A DNA stretch of 64,000 nt from an uncultured Acidimicrobiales bacterium (GTDB taxonomy: Bacteria; Actinomycetota; Acidimicrobiia; Acidimicrobiales; SHLQ01), in contig CAYTUB010000002.1 in NCBI GenBank assembly GCA_964441145.1, positions 3,305 to 67,304 of the forward strand, in the 5' to 3' direction. The notes below the pieces were generated by a model. That model had not been told where the DNA came from, did no database searches, and worked only from the letters and a program-made list of their open reading frames with translations. Each line of letters opens with the position of its first letter. Positions within the stretch are counted from its first letter, which is position 1. Shown here in pieces: positions 37,955 through 46,777 of this stretch. The position numbers and the translations under genes are program-made.

Positions 37955-39370
37955 TTACGGGTGTGACTTGATGCGGGAGTTCAATTCGGTGACCTGATCG
38001 TAGATCTGTCGACGCTCGGCCATCAGATTGGTGATCTTGTCAACCGCGTGAATCACCGTGGTGTGATCGCGTCCGCCGAATTCTCGGGCAATGGCTGGAT
38101 ACGAGAGATCGGTGGCTTCGCGAAAGACGTACATGGCGACCTGGCGAGCGGTCACGAGCGGTCGGCGTCGTGAAGCGCCCGTGATCTCTTCGATGGAGAA
38201 ACCGAACATGTCGGAGGTCTCTTCGAGGATCATCTGTGGCGTGATCTGACGAGGCTGCTTCGAGGAAAGAAGGTCACTCAACACTCGTTGGCACATATCG
38301 ATGGTCAGCGGTTCACCGGTGAGATTTGAAAATGCGGTGACTCGAGTGAGTGCACCTTCGAGTTCACGGATGTTGTCGGTGACACGTTCGGCGATAAACA
38401 TCAGCACGTCGTGTGGGATCTCACCACGAGCGTTTTCTGCCTTCTTGTGAAGGATTGCGAGACGGGTCTCGATGTCAGGCGGCTGAATGTCGGTGATCAG
38501 ACCCATCTTGAATCGACTCCTCAGACGATCCTCAAGGGTTGGAATGCTGTCCGGCGGGCGATCACAAGTCAGGACAATCTGGCGATTCGCCTGATGCAAC
38601 GTATTGAACGTATGAAAGAACTCTTCTTGGAGTCCTTCTTTACCTTCCACGAATTGGATGTCGTCGACCAACAGAACGTCGATCTCTCGGTAGCGGCGCT
38701 TGAACTGGATCGTCGTGTTCTGGCGAATGGCATCGACGAATTCGTTCAGGAAGGTTTCCGTTGAGACATAGCGAACCGAGAAGTGCGGATAGTGGGTATG
38801 TACGTAGTTCTCGATTGCTCGTAGCAAGTGAGTCTTACCCAGTCCTGCATCTCCATAGATAAAGAGCGGGTTGTACGACTTGGCGGGGGTTTCAGCCACA
38901 GATAGGGCGGCTGCGTGAGCGAAACGATTACCCGTGCCAGTAACAAAGGCCTCAAAGGTATAGAGGTCTCCGCCCTCGGCAGGCCTTCCGGGCAACTCAG
39001 CAACAGTCTCTGGAGCGGTCGTTTCTGCGGTGGCTGCTGCATCAGGCAACTTCACGTTGAGCCGCGGACCATCGTCGGTGAGATCAAGAACAGTTGAATC
39101 GAGCCCTAAAAGGGCTTGTTCGTTGAGATGGACCTGCAACGACATCTCGAGCGGCCCGTTGTGGGTCTCGGTGATCGCATCTCGGACAATTCCCAGATAG
39201 CGGGCCTCGATGCGCTCCTTCATGACCTGTGAAGGGACCGCAACGGTGATTTCGTTCGTTGTGAGGTCGATTGCCTCTAAGTGGCGAAATGTCGTGTTCC
39301 ACACGACATCGGATACTTGGGCGCGGATGAGAGCTGAACAGTTCTCCCATAGTTCCACTGCTTCACGCAT
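37955..39370 (-). CDS. dnaA: chromosomal replication initiator DnaA
   Basis: ATG 39370 gives [19 protein letters not shown]... with [11 protein letters not shown] (Walker A) and a C-terminal DNA-binding domain ...RDHTTVIHA.... The track ORF adds 96 non-DnaA-like codons upstream. Confidence 0.95.
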   Translation of the reverse strand: MREAVELWENCSALIRAQVSDVVWNTTFRHLEAIDLTTNEITVAVPSQVMKERIEARYLGIVRDAITETHNGPLEMSLQVHLNEQALLGLDSTVLDLTDDGPRLNVKLPDAAATAETTAPETVAELPGRPAEGGDLYTFEAFVTGTGNRFAHAAALSVAETPAKSYNPLFIYGDAGLGKTHLLRAIENYVHTHYPHFSVRYVSTETFLNEFVDAIRQNTTIQFKRRYREIDVLLVDDIQFVEGKEGLQEEFFHTFNTLHQANRQIVLTCDRPPDSIPTLEDRLRSRFKMGLITDIQPPDIETRLAILHKKAENARGEIPHDVLMFIAERVTDNIRELEGALTRVTAFSNLTGEPLTIDMCQRVLSDLLSSKQPRQITPQMILEETSDMFGFSIEEITGASRRRPLVTARQVAMYVFREATDLSYPAIAREFGGRDHTTVIHAVDKITNLMAERRQIYDQVTELNSRIKSHP

Positions 39371-39387
39371 CTTATGTCTACTTCCCT

Positions 39388-39521
39388 CTTTCCACAGCAC
39401 TCTCCACAGATGTGGAAAGCCGCTGAAGGTCCAACCCTCGCGCGAGATCATCTTTGATGCCAACTGGGTACGGAAACTTCCAAAACCGTTGGAAATTCGC
39501 GCGTCTCGGCGTTGTGGATAA
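39388..39521. promoter_or_regulatory. DnaA boxes in the dnaA promoter region
   Basis: A perfect TTATCCACA (as TGTGGATAA, 39513-39521), plus CTTTCCACA 39388-39396, TCTCCACA 39401-39408 and TGTGGAAA 39411-39418. Confidence 0.7.
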
Positions 39522-39719
39522 TGACACTCGGCGCGAAAAGGTACGGGTGTCGAATAGCGCGTGTTTGCGCGTCCACTGTTGAAATAGGGGTTTCTGTGGT
39601 TAGCATTGCAAGGTTCTTTATTGCGACGGATGCGGGTGCGTCCCCACCTCGACAGCACGCTTCAGCCCAGTTGTGACAGCGTGTATGCATCGCCCCTCGC
39701 TCACTGAATCGGAGATGAC

Positions 39720-39854
39720 ATGAAACGCACGTACCAACCAAACGTCCGCAGGCGAGCAAAGAAGCACGGTTTCCGGGCACGTATGTCCACCCGCGCTGGC
39801 CGCGACATCATTAAGAATCGTCGCCGCAAGGGTCGCCACAAGCTGGCTGCTTGA
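39720..39854 (+). CDS. rpmH: 50S ribosomal protein L34
   Basis: Not in the ORF track because it is under 60 aa. GGAG, then ATG 39720, gives [44 protein letters not shown]. Confidence 0.93.
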   Translation: MKRTYQPNVRRRAKKHGFRARMSTRAGRDIIKNRRRKGRHKLAA

Positions 39855-40195
39855 TCTCGGGGATTTCGGATCGGGCAACGATCTCTCGGCTTTTTGCCGA
39901 CGGTCGAACCGAACGCTCTCGCGATCTACGAATTCGCTACCTCGACACTGAGGCATCCGCCCAGGCTCAGGTTGCGTTCTCCATATCGCGAAAGGTCGGG
40001 AATGCTGTTGTTCGAAATCGAACCCGGCGTCGCCTCCGATCCGCCCTCATCGAGATTCTGGGTGAACGCGCGACTCACATCGAAGCTGCAATGATCATTG
40101 TGTATCCAAGTGCAGTGGATCGTCGATATTCCGAACTTCGCGACCAACTTGTGGAAATCATGGAAAAGATTGAAAAATCAAGGGTAGGCGGTTGA
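39851..40195 (+). CDS. rnpA: ribonuclease P protein component
   Basis: 114 aa, basic, ...[21 protein letters not shown]... (RNR motif). The TTG start overlaps the rpmH stop. Confidence 0.88.
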   Translation: MISGISDRATISRLFADGRTERSRDLRIRYLDTEASAQAQVAFSISRKVGNAVVRNRTRRRLRSALIEILGERATHIEAAMIIVYPSAVDRRYSELRDQLVEIMEKIEKSRVGG

Positions 40196-40196
40196 A

Positions 40197-40418
40197 ATGG
40201 CGGCAATTTCGCGTCGTCTGATCGCCATCTACCGTTCCTGGTCAGTCACACGGCCACCCACTTGTCGATACACACCATCGTGTTCGCTCTACACCGACGA
40301 AGCCATTGTCGAGCACGGGCTCGCTCGCGGTATTTGGCTCGGAGTTAAGCGAATTTGTAGGTGCCACCCCTGGGGCGGTCATGGACTCGACCCCGTACCT
40401 GTTCGAAAGGCGAACTGA
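40197..40418 (+). CDS. yidD: membrane protein insertion efficiency factor YidD
   Basis: 73 aa, ...[19 protein letters not shown]...[17 protein letters not shown]. Confidence 0.9.
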   Translation: MAAISRRLIAIYRSWSVTRPPTCRYTPSCSLYTDEAIVEHGLARGIWLGVKRICRCHPWGGHGLDPVPVRKAN

Positions 40419-41563
40419 TGTTCGATCTTCTTGCAAATCTATTGTCGTTTTTGTACGACATCAACCAGTCATACGTCGTCGCGATTGTGCTGTTGACGCT
40501 CATCGTGCTCGTGATTTCAACGCCTCTGACCCTCAAGGGCACTCGCTCACAGCTGCAGATGTCTTTGCTTCAGCCCGAGCTGAAAGCGATCCAAAACAAG
40601 TACGACAAGGACGAACGCGAAGAGATGAACAAGGAGTTGATGGAGTTCTACCAAGAGAACAGCATCAATCCGGTGGGCGGTTGTTTGCCCTTGTTGTTCC
40701 AGATTCCAATCTTCTTGGTCCTTTACCGAGTGATTCTTGGTCTGACCCGGCGTGCTACCGATATCGGCTTCCAATTCGGAGCATCGGCCGGAAACGTTGT
40801 CGATTCCACTGATCTCGAGTCCTTCGAGCGGCTCGAGGTCAATCAGTTCAACCCTGCGTTCGTAAGCAATGACTCACAGCTCTTCAGTGATCTTGCGAGC
40901 TCCAATGAAATGATTGCGTTGGGGTTTGATATCTCTCAGTCAGCGAGCCAAGTCCTCGCAGGAGATGGCCTCGTAGCAGCGTTCCCCTACCTGTTGTTGG
41001 TACTCGTTGTTGGTACGAGTGGATTTATCCAGCATCGGATGATTCGACAGCGTCAAACGGGTGCGGTCATCAACCCTACGCAGGAAATGGTGATGAAAAT
41101 CATCCCGTTCTTCCTGCCGATCTTCTCTTTTACACTCCCCGCGGCAATTGTCTTCTACTTCTTGGTCTCGAACCTGTACCGCATTGCTCAGCAGTACTAC
41201 ATCACCCGCCAGTTCTATTCTGGTGAGGATTCTCTTGGAGCCCAGGTGGCTCGAACCCGCGAAGAGTCCGCTAAATCAGTGGATAAGGGGACCAAGGGCG
41301 GAAACAACAAGAACAAGAACACCAAAGGCGCAAGCGCTAAGGGTGGAAATGCCAAGAGCCAGAAGGCGAAGAACACCGGTTCGACTGTCAAGAGCAAGGC
41401 CAAGAGCAATGGATCTGGGGCCAAAAGTAATGGCCGTGGGTCATCAAAGCCGAAGACGGCTGTGAAAACCGGGGGTTCATCCCCTGGCCGAAATGCAAGT
41501 GGACGTAGTGCAAGTGCTCGGACTCAGGTCGAGCCAAAGGCGCGCAAGAAAAAGAAGAGGTAG
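40418..41563 (+). CDS. yidC: membrane protein insertase YidC with a long Lys/Ser/Asn/Gly-rich C-terminal tail
   Basis: ATG 40418 overlaps the yidD stop by 1 nt and gives [14 protein letters not shown]... Also ...MNKELMEFYQENSINPVGGCLPLLFQIPIF.... The tail is KGTKGGNNKNKNTKGASAKGGNAKSQKAKN...KARKKKKR. Confidence 0.9.
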   Translation: MFDLLANLLSFLYDINQSYVVAIVLLTLIVLVISTPLTLKGTRSQLQMSLLQPELKAIQNKYDKDEREEMNKELMEFYQENSINPVGGCLPLLFQIPIFLVLYRVILGLTRRATDIGFQFGASAGNVVDSTDLESFERLEVNQFNPAFVSNDSQLFSDLASSNEMIALGFDISQSASQVLAGDGLVAAFPYLLLVLVVGTSGFIQHRMIRQRQTGAVINPTQEMVMKIIPFFLPIFSFTLPAAIVFYFLVSNLYRIAQQYYITRQFYSGEDSLGAQVARTREESAKSVDKGTKGGNNKNKNTKGASAKGGNAKSQKAKNTGSTVKSKAKSNGSGAKSNGRGSSKPKTAVKTGGSSPGRNASGRSASARTQVEPKARKKKKR

Positions 41564-41565
41564 TA

Positions 41566-42558
41566 ATGGATTGGATCACGACGTCGGGGCGAACCCTCGA
41601 CGAAGCAAAGAGCAACGCTCTCGATCAGCTTGGCATCGTTGCCGATGAAGCAGAATTTGATGTCGTAAATGATGTGGAGAAGGGTCTTTTTGGCCGGGTA
41701 AAGAACGAAGCCAAGATCAGAGCTCGTGTTCGTCCTCGCCAACCGGCACCCAAGGATGAGCGTCGATCACGCAGCAGCAGTAGCCGCAGTCGTAGCCGCT
41801 CTCGCCAACAAGGCGGAAATCGCTCACAGAAGAGCAACAGCGGTAGCTCAAAGTCTTCGAATAACAATTCTGGGAATACCAACTCCGGGAACTCGCAAGG
41901 CGGATCGAAGAGCAATAAGAGTGCACCAAAGAGCGACAACCGGAACTCTGGAAACAGCAAGGGATCTCAGGGCGGTAGTCGTGGGGGACAACAGAAGAAG
42001 CAATCACACGAATCGGGTAAAGCTGTAGCAGCAGGAGCTGCTGCAGCGAAATCATCGGGGAAGAAGGAAACAGTGGAAGCAACCATAAGTAGAGAAGAGC
42101 AGGAGAAGGTAGCGACCGGTTTCCTTGAGGGCGTTCTGAGCTCCTTCGAGATGACCGGTTCGGTGGCAGTTGTTGCCGAAGCTGCAGACGATGGCGCTAT
42201 CGAGATGGCAGTTTCGGGTGAAGAACTCGGTCTTCTCGTTGGCCCAAAGGGCAACACGTTGAGTGCCTTGCAGGAATTGACTCGCACGGTTGTGCAGCGC
42301 AACGCCGAAGGAGCCAAGACAGATCGACTCCGAGTTGACGTAGCCGGCTACCGTGCTCGCCGTGCGGCTGCGCTTGGCGATTTCGCTCAGAACCTGGCTC
42401 GTGAAGTTGCAGAGTCTGGAAACGAGAAGCTGCTTGAGCCCATGGGTCCTGCTGATCGTAAGGTCGTGCACGATGCAATCAACGACATCGAAGGTGTCGA
42501 AACAGGCTCTGAAGGACAAGAACCTCGCAGGAGGGTCGTCATCCGTCCCGTCGCCTAA
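41566..42558 (+). CDS. jag: Jag/KhpB-type KH + R3H RNA-binding protein with a roughly 110-aa low-complexity linker
   Basis: Jag_N start MDWITTSGRTLDEAKSNALDQLG and a C-terminal KH/R3H region ...PMGPADRKVVHDAINDIEGVETGSEG.... The middle is RSRSSSSRSRSRSRQQGGNRSQKSNSGSSKSSNNNSGN... Confidence 0.85.
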   Translation: MDWITTSGRTLDEAKSNALDQLGIVADEAEFDVVNDVEKGLFGRVKNEAKIRARVRPRQPAPKDERRSRSSSSRSRSRSRQQGGNRSQKSNSGSSKSSNNNSGNTNSGNSQGGSKSNKSAPKSDNRNSGNSKGSQGGSRGGQQKKQSHESGKAVAAGAAAAKSSGKKETVEATISREEQEKVATGFLEGVLSSFEMTGSVAVVAEAADDGAIEMAVSGEELGLLVGPKGNTLSALQELTRTVVQRNAEGAKTDRLRVDVAGYRARRAAALGDFAQNLAREVAESGNEKLLEPMGPADRKVVHDAINDIEGVETGSEGQEPRRRVVIRPVA

Positions 42559-42568
42559 ACTAAGGCCT

Positions 42569-43180
42569 ATGCGCCCAGTCGACGAGATCCTGCAAGAAGG
42601 TATTCGAGCAGGTCAGATCGGTCTACCAAGTGAACCCCATGGCAGTCACGCCATGGGGTTCCTTGCATTTTTGACCGAAGTGCAGGAGTTCGAAGGACAT
42701 GCAGTGGACCTCGGAAGCGGTGTTGGGATTCCGGGCCTTATTCTGGCTGATGCATGTCCGAAGAGTACCTGGACATTGGTGGAGCGTCGGTCGGGACGTA
42801 CGGATCTCCTGCGTCGTGCAGTGAAGCGTCTCGGACTTGATGACCGCGTCGACATCTTTGTCGGCGATGCGACAGAAGCTGCACGCTCATCTCTACGCGG
42901 TTCGGTCGATTGGGTAACCGCCCGATCCTTTGGTCCACCGAGTGATACCGCAGAGTGCGCCACGGGGTTTCTTCGCAATGGTGGAAGTCTTCTCACCAGC
43001 GAACCCTTTGATGCCGACAGCGATGATCGTTGGCCAAGCGACGATGTAGAAGCGTCGACGGGACTGGTGCGGCGTGAGGAGTGGACCACGGAAGCCGGCC
43101 GGTACCTCCGATTTGAACGAAATGACGACGAACTCGCAGACCTTCCTCGGAAAGGGGCTCGAAAGAAGCCCCTGTTCTAA
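42569..43180 (+). CDS. rsmG: 16S rRNA (guanine527-N7)-methyltransferase RsmG
   Basis: ATG 42569 gives MRPVDEILQEGIRAG... with VDLGSGVGIPGLILA (SAM motif). Its position between jag and parA is conserved. Confidence 0.85.
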   Translation: MRPVDEILQEGIRAGQIGLPSEPHGSHAMGFLAFLTEVQEFEGHAVDLGSGVGIPGLILADACPKSTWTLVERRSGRTDLLRRAVKRLGLDDRVDIFVGDATEAARSSLRGSVDWVTARSFGPPSDTAECATGFLRNGGSLLTSEPFDADSDDRWPSDDVEASTGLVRREEWTTEAGRYLRFERNDDELADLPRKGARKKPLF

Positions 43181-43203
43181 CGGCGACCTAGAGGGTGAGG
43201 CGA

Positions 43204-43219
43204 TGTTTCACGTGAAACA
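43204..43219. promoter_or_regulatory. parS: parS site 1 (perfect 16-mer)
   Basis: TGTTTCACGTGAAACA, an exact match to the canonical parS palindrome. Confidence 0.9.
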
Positions 43220-43282
43220 CACCGCACCCCTTCAAAACTGTCACTCCTTCACCACTTTCACTACTTCACCACGGTCTGAAGA

Positions 43283-43298
43283 TGTTTCACGTGAAACA
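43283..43298. promoter_or_regulatory. parS: parS site 2 (perfect 16-mer)
   Basis: TGTTTCACGTGAAACA. The flanking GA is also shared with site 1 (18-nt identity). Confidence 0.9.
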
Positions 43299-43377
43299 AT
43301 GGGGATGTATGGGGCCATTGTTCCTATTGTCAAGAAATGTTGTAGATGACACCATCGTGTGGCCATGAGGTACTACG

Positions 43378-44256
43378 GTGACTGAGGATATGACTGAGGC
43401 AGAAACAACGGCAAGCAACACGCGTGTGATCGCAATTGCAAACCAAAAAGGCGGGGTCGGCAAGACCACCACGACAGTGAATTTGGGTGCAGCGCTCGCC
43501 GAAATGGGCAATCGGGTGTTGCTAATCGACCTAGACCCGCAGGCCAATGCGAGTACGGGACTCGGTATCAACCCCAGAGCCATTGAGAAGAACATGTATG
43601 ACGTTCTGCTTGGTGATACTCCCCTGGAAGACACACTTGAACCGGCTGCAGACGTTGAGGGGTTGTTTGTTGCGCCCTCAAGCTTGGATTTGGCTGGTGC
43701 CGAGATCGAATTAGTCCCAGGCTTCAATCGTGAGCGTCGTCTCATCGATGCTCTCGCACCGATCATCGATGACTATGATTTTGTCTTTATCGACTGTCCG
43801 CCTTCTTTGGGGCTTCTCACCATCAACGCACTCGTGGCAGCGACCGAAGTGCTTGTTCCGATTCAGTGCGAGTACTACGCGCTCGAAGGTGTGGGGCAGC
43901 TTGTACGAAATGTCGACCTGGTGCGCAAGAGTCTGAATCAGGACTTGTACATCTCCACCATCGTCCTTGTGATGTACGACGCACGGACAAAGTTGGCGGG
44001 ACAAGTTGTAGATGAGGTTCGCAATCACTTCGGTGACAAGGTGTGCAAGATTGTTATTCCGCGAGTTGTGCGGTTGTCGGAGGCGCCATCGTATGGTCAG
44101 CCGATAACGGTGTTCGATCCGGATAATCGCGGCGCACAGGCCTATCGCGATCTCGCCAACGAGGTCATGGGAAATGAGCTTGATCTCGATCAGGAGTCCC
44201 CTTCGGAGACTTCATCGGATGAAGAGACAACGAGTGAGCAAGGAGAAGAAGAATGA
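43378..44256 (+). CDS. parA: chromosome partitioning ATPase ParA/Soj
   Basis: ...VIAIANQKGGVGKTTTTVNLGAALA... (deviant Walker A). 292 aa with an acidic C-terminal tail. Confidence 0.93.
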   Translation: MTEDMTEAETTASNTRVIAIANQKGGVGKTTTTVNLGAALAEMGNRVLLIDLDPQANASTGLGINPRAIEKNMYDVLLGDTPLEDTLEPAADVEGLFVAPSSLDLAGAEIELVPGFNRERRLIDALAPIIDDYDFVFIDCPPSLGLLTINALVAATEVLVPIQCEYYALEGVGQLVRNVDLVRKSLNQDLYISTIVLVMYDARTKLAGQVVDEVRNHFGDKVCKIVIPRVVRLSEAPSYGQPITVFDPDNRGAQAYRDLANEVMGNELDLDQESPSETSSDEETTSEQGEEE

Positions 44257-45143
44257 ATCGACCAAGTGGTCTAGGCCGAGGCTTGGGAGCCTTGATTCCA
44301 TCTGATGTCACCGACGATCCAGATGCGACCTTTCAAACAATCGCTGTATCTTCGATCCGAGCGAACCAATATCAACCTCGCGAGCACTTTGATGAAGAGA
44401 CCCTCGATTCGCTGACCAACTCCGTTCGCGAATTGGGTGTACTACAACCGTTGCTCGTCCGTCGAGATGGCGACAGCTACGAACTGATCGCTGGCGAGCG
44501 CCGATGGCGTGCCGCGAAGCGAGCTGGTTTGCAAGACGTGCCGGTGATCGTACGTGAAGCCGACGACACAGCCTCTTTGGAGCAGGCCCTCGTAGAGAAT
44601 CTGCATCGTCAAGATCTGAACGCGCTTGAAGAAGCTGCCGCGTATCAGCAGCTTGTGGATGATTTCCAATTCACGCAAGCCAAGATCGCAAAGCGGATGG
44701 GGAAGTCCCGTTCCGCGGTGGCCAACACCTTGCGTCTACTCGCGCTGCCGATGGATGTGCAGCTCTTTGTGGGCGATGGTCGACTGAGTGCTGGCCACGC
44801 ACGCACAATCCTTGGTTGTGAGGATGAAGCCCAGCAACTGGAGTTGGCGCAACGGTGTGTTGATGAACAGTTGACCGTCCGAGAGCTCGAGCAGATCCTT
44901 AGAGGCGACGTTCTCGATGAGGATGACGACACCGATTCTGACGAATCCGGTGCTGCGCCGAGTGGAAAGAAGCGATCGGTAGGGGAGACCCGACCTCCGG
45001 CGGCTCTCGAGCTTGAGCGGTTGCTTTCGGAGCGCCTCGACACCCGTGTAGGGGTCAGTCTTGGTGCCAAGAAGGGCAAAATCATGATCGACTACGCCGA
45101 TCTTGATGACCTCGAGCGGATCTATCGAATCATCGCCACATAG
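44253..45143 (+). CDS. parB: chromosome partitioning protein ParB/Spo0J
   Basis: ...GLGRGLGALIP..., ...QPLLVRRDGDSYELIAGERRWRAAK.... The ATG overlaps the parA stop. Confidence 0.93.
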   Translation: MNRPSGLGRGLGALIPSDVTDDPDATFQTIAVSSIRANQYQPREHFDEETLDSLTNSVRELGVLQPLLVRRDGDSYELIAGERRWRAAKRAGLQDVPVIVREADDTASLEQALVENLHRQDLNALEEAAAYQQLVDDFQFTQAKIAKRMGKSRSAVANTLRLLALPMDVQLFVGDGRLSAGHARTILGCEDEAQQLELAQRCVDEQLTVRELEQILRGDVLDEDDDTDSDESGAAPSGKKRSVGETRPPAALELERLLSERLDTRVGVSLGAKKGKIMIDYADLDDLERIYRIIAT

Positions 45144-45178
45144 ATTCGAACATATGTTCGATAACGGGTAATCAGCGA

Positions 45179-46165
45179 CTATTCTTGTTCGAGATTGGTG
45201 ATCCACTGAAGCATGGCTTCGTGGATTCCGTTGGCGATTGCCGTGCTCACGTCTTCAAGTTCGATTTGAGGTCCGAGGCGAAAGACCACCGCAGGCATTC
45301 GCGTCTGGCGTAGGACCGGTGACGCTGCGCCGATTGCTTGTCCTGGGATGCGCAAGGCAAGCGAGAGGGTATCGGTGGCGAGGTTGGCGATATCGCGTCC
45401 TCCGTAGCTGGAGAAGGACTCGGTTTCGTAAAACGATGCGCTGCAGGTCTCATCGTCGACGCCAATGATGCCGAGGTACACCTCGGCATCGAACTGGTTT
45501 GCTGCGCGTGCGTGGGTTGATCCGTCCCGGTGGTGCAACAGCAGCACTCGCGCCCCTTCACCTCGAAGCTTGGCGCCGATCTCGGCAGCAAGGCCGGGCG
45601 ACTGGCCAAGATCACCAACCACGATTCGCCGGCCAACGAGGCCCTCGGCTCCATCGCGAAGCTTCTCGAGCTCACGAACCGATGCCACGGGCCGGGCGGC
45701 GTTTGCGGAAAGCCGAAGACGGGTCAAGGTGTCGATGGTGGTGGGGCCGGCAACGCCATCAACGGGAAGACCCGCGTTTCGTTGGAAGTCCGCAACAGCG
45801 TCCTCGGTCTCGGGTCCGAAGATCCCGTCTATCCAGCCAGTATCAAAGCCCAGGCTTCCAAGAAATAGCTGGAGCTCGGCAACATCGTCTCCCCGCATCA
45901 TGGGGGTGCGACGACACAGAAGGCGTTCTCCAAAGTTGTGTCCGGCCTCATAGAGCGATCGCCAGGTTTCGCCACCGACCAAGCCGGTGGCCTCGAGACC
46001 ACGGCGTCGTTGGAATGCCGACACGGCATCGTGTGTGATGCCGTTGAAGCGGTCGAGGTGGACGGATTCAATTCGGTAGCCGGCGATCGTCAGAAGCTTG
46101 TGTAGCTCGACAACGTCGGGTCCTACATCGCCGCGTTGGAGTCTCGGGCGAGGGGTGTCGTCCAT
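45179..46165 (-). CDS. cwlM: CwlM-like protein: two peptidoglycan-binding domains + amidase_3-like domain
   Basis: Two PG_binding_1-like repeats are present (GDVGPDVVELHKLL..., GDDVAELQLFLGSLGFDTGWIDGIFGPETEDAVADFQRNAGLPVDGVAGPTT). Its position after trxB-trxA matches M. tuberculosis Rv3913-Rv3915. Confidence 0.7.
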   Translation of the reverse strand: MDDTPRPRLQRGDVGPDVVELHKLLTIAGYRIESVHLDRFNGITHDAVSAFQRRRGLEATGLVGGETWRSLYEAGHNFGERLLCRRTPMMRGDDVAELQLFLGSLGFDTGWIDGIFGPETEDAVADFQRNAGLPVDGVAGPTTIDTLTRLRLSANAARPVASVRELEKLRDGAEGLVGRRIVVGDLGQSPGLAAEIGAKLRGEGARVLLLHHRDGSTHARAANQFDAEVYLGIIGVDDETCSASFYETESFSSYGGRDIANLATDTLSLALRIPGQAIGAASPVLRQTRMPAVVFRLGPQIELEDVSTAIANGIHEAMLQWITNLEQE

Positions 46166-46377
46166 CTGCTTACCCTACTGGTCTGTGCCCGTCGGCCGGT
46201 GACGCGCAAACGCCGCCTCGTACAAAATACAAAGCGGCGTATTGCGAGCTGTAGGGAAATCTATCCGGTAGCCCGATCCGGCTCCGCCGGTCGGGCGAAA
46301 AGGGGCCTCCGGCTAGCAGCCGAGCATCGAGAGCCGAAGGCTCGGATTGTGAAGGCTGGAGGGAGAAGCCCGGGAAA

Positions 46378-46707
46378 TTAGATGAAGTCGGCGATTTCTT
46401 GCATGATCGCGTCCTTGGGCTTTGCGCCGACGATCTTCTTCACGGGCTCGCCGTCCTTGAAAAGGATCATCGTTGGAATGCTCATTACCTCGTACTTGAG
46501 GGCCGTTCCAGAAGCGTCATCGATGTTGACCTTCGCGATTTTGACGGTGCCCACTTGTTCGTCGGCGATCTCGTCGAGGATTGGGGCGATCATCTTGCAT
46601 GGGCCGCACCATTCAGCCCAGAAGTCGACGAGCACGGGCTCGCCATCAGCGGTAATCGTGTCGGAAAAGCTGGAATCATCCAGGTTGAGGACGTTTTCGG
46701 AAGCCAT
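46378..46707 (-). CDS. trxA: thioredoxin
   Basis: 109 aa, ...VDFWAEWCGPCKMIAP... Confidence 0.95.
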   Translation of the reverse strand: MASENVLNLDDSSFSDTITADGEPVLVDFWAEWCGPCKMIAPILDEIADEQVGTVKIAKVNIDDASGTALKYEVMSIPTMILFKDGEPVKKIVGAKPKDAIMQEIADFI

Positions 46708-46777
46708 CAGGCAATCTCGTTTCTACTTGCGTTCCAAAAAAGAAACTACTCGCTGGCCCCGCGCATTCCCCGGACTC

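Noticed and set aside
39371-39658. N-terminal 96-codon extension of dnaA in the track ORF (similar extensions exist for dnaK, clpB, purA, purD, purQ, panB, rsmG and the epimerase).
   Set aside because: The extensions are Arg/Pro-rich, non-conserved-looking sequence overlapping promoters or upstream genes. Internal ATG/GTG codons give canonical N-termini, often with ATGA stop/start coupling.
43074-43349. 91-aa ORF spanning the rsmG 3' end and both parS sites.
   Set aside because: It overlaps rsmG and runs through the parS palindromes. It has no coding-like composition, and the region is better explained as the cis-acting parS/parA promoter spacer.
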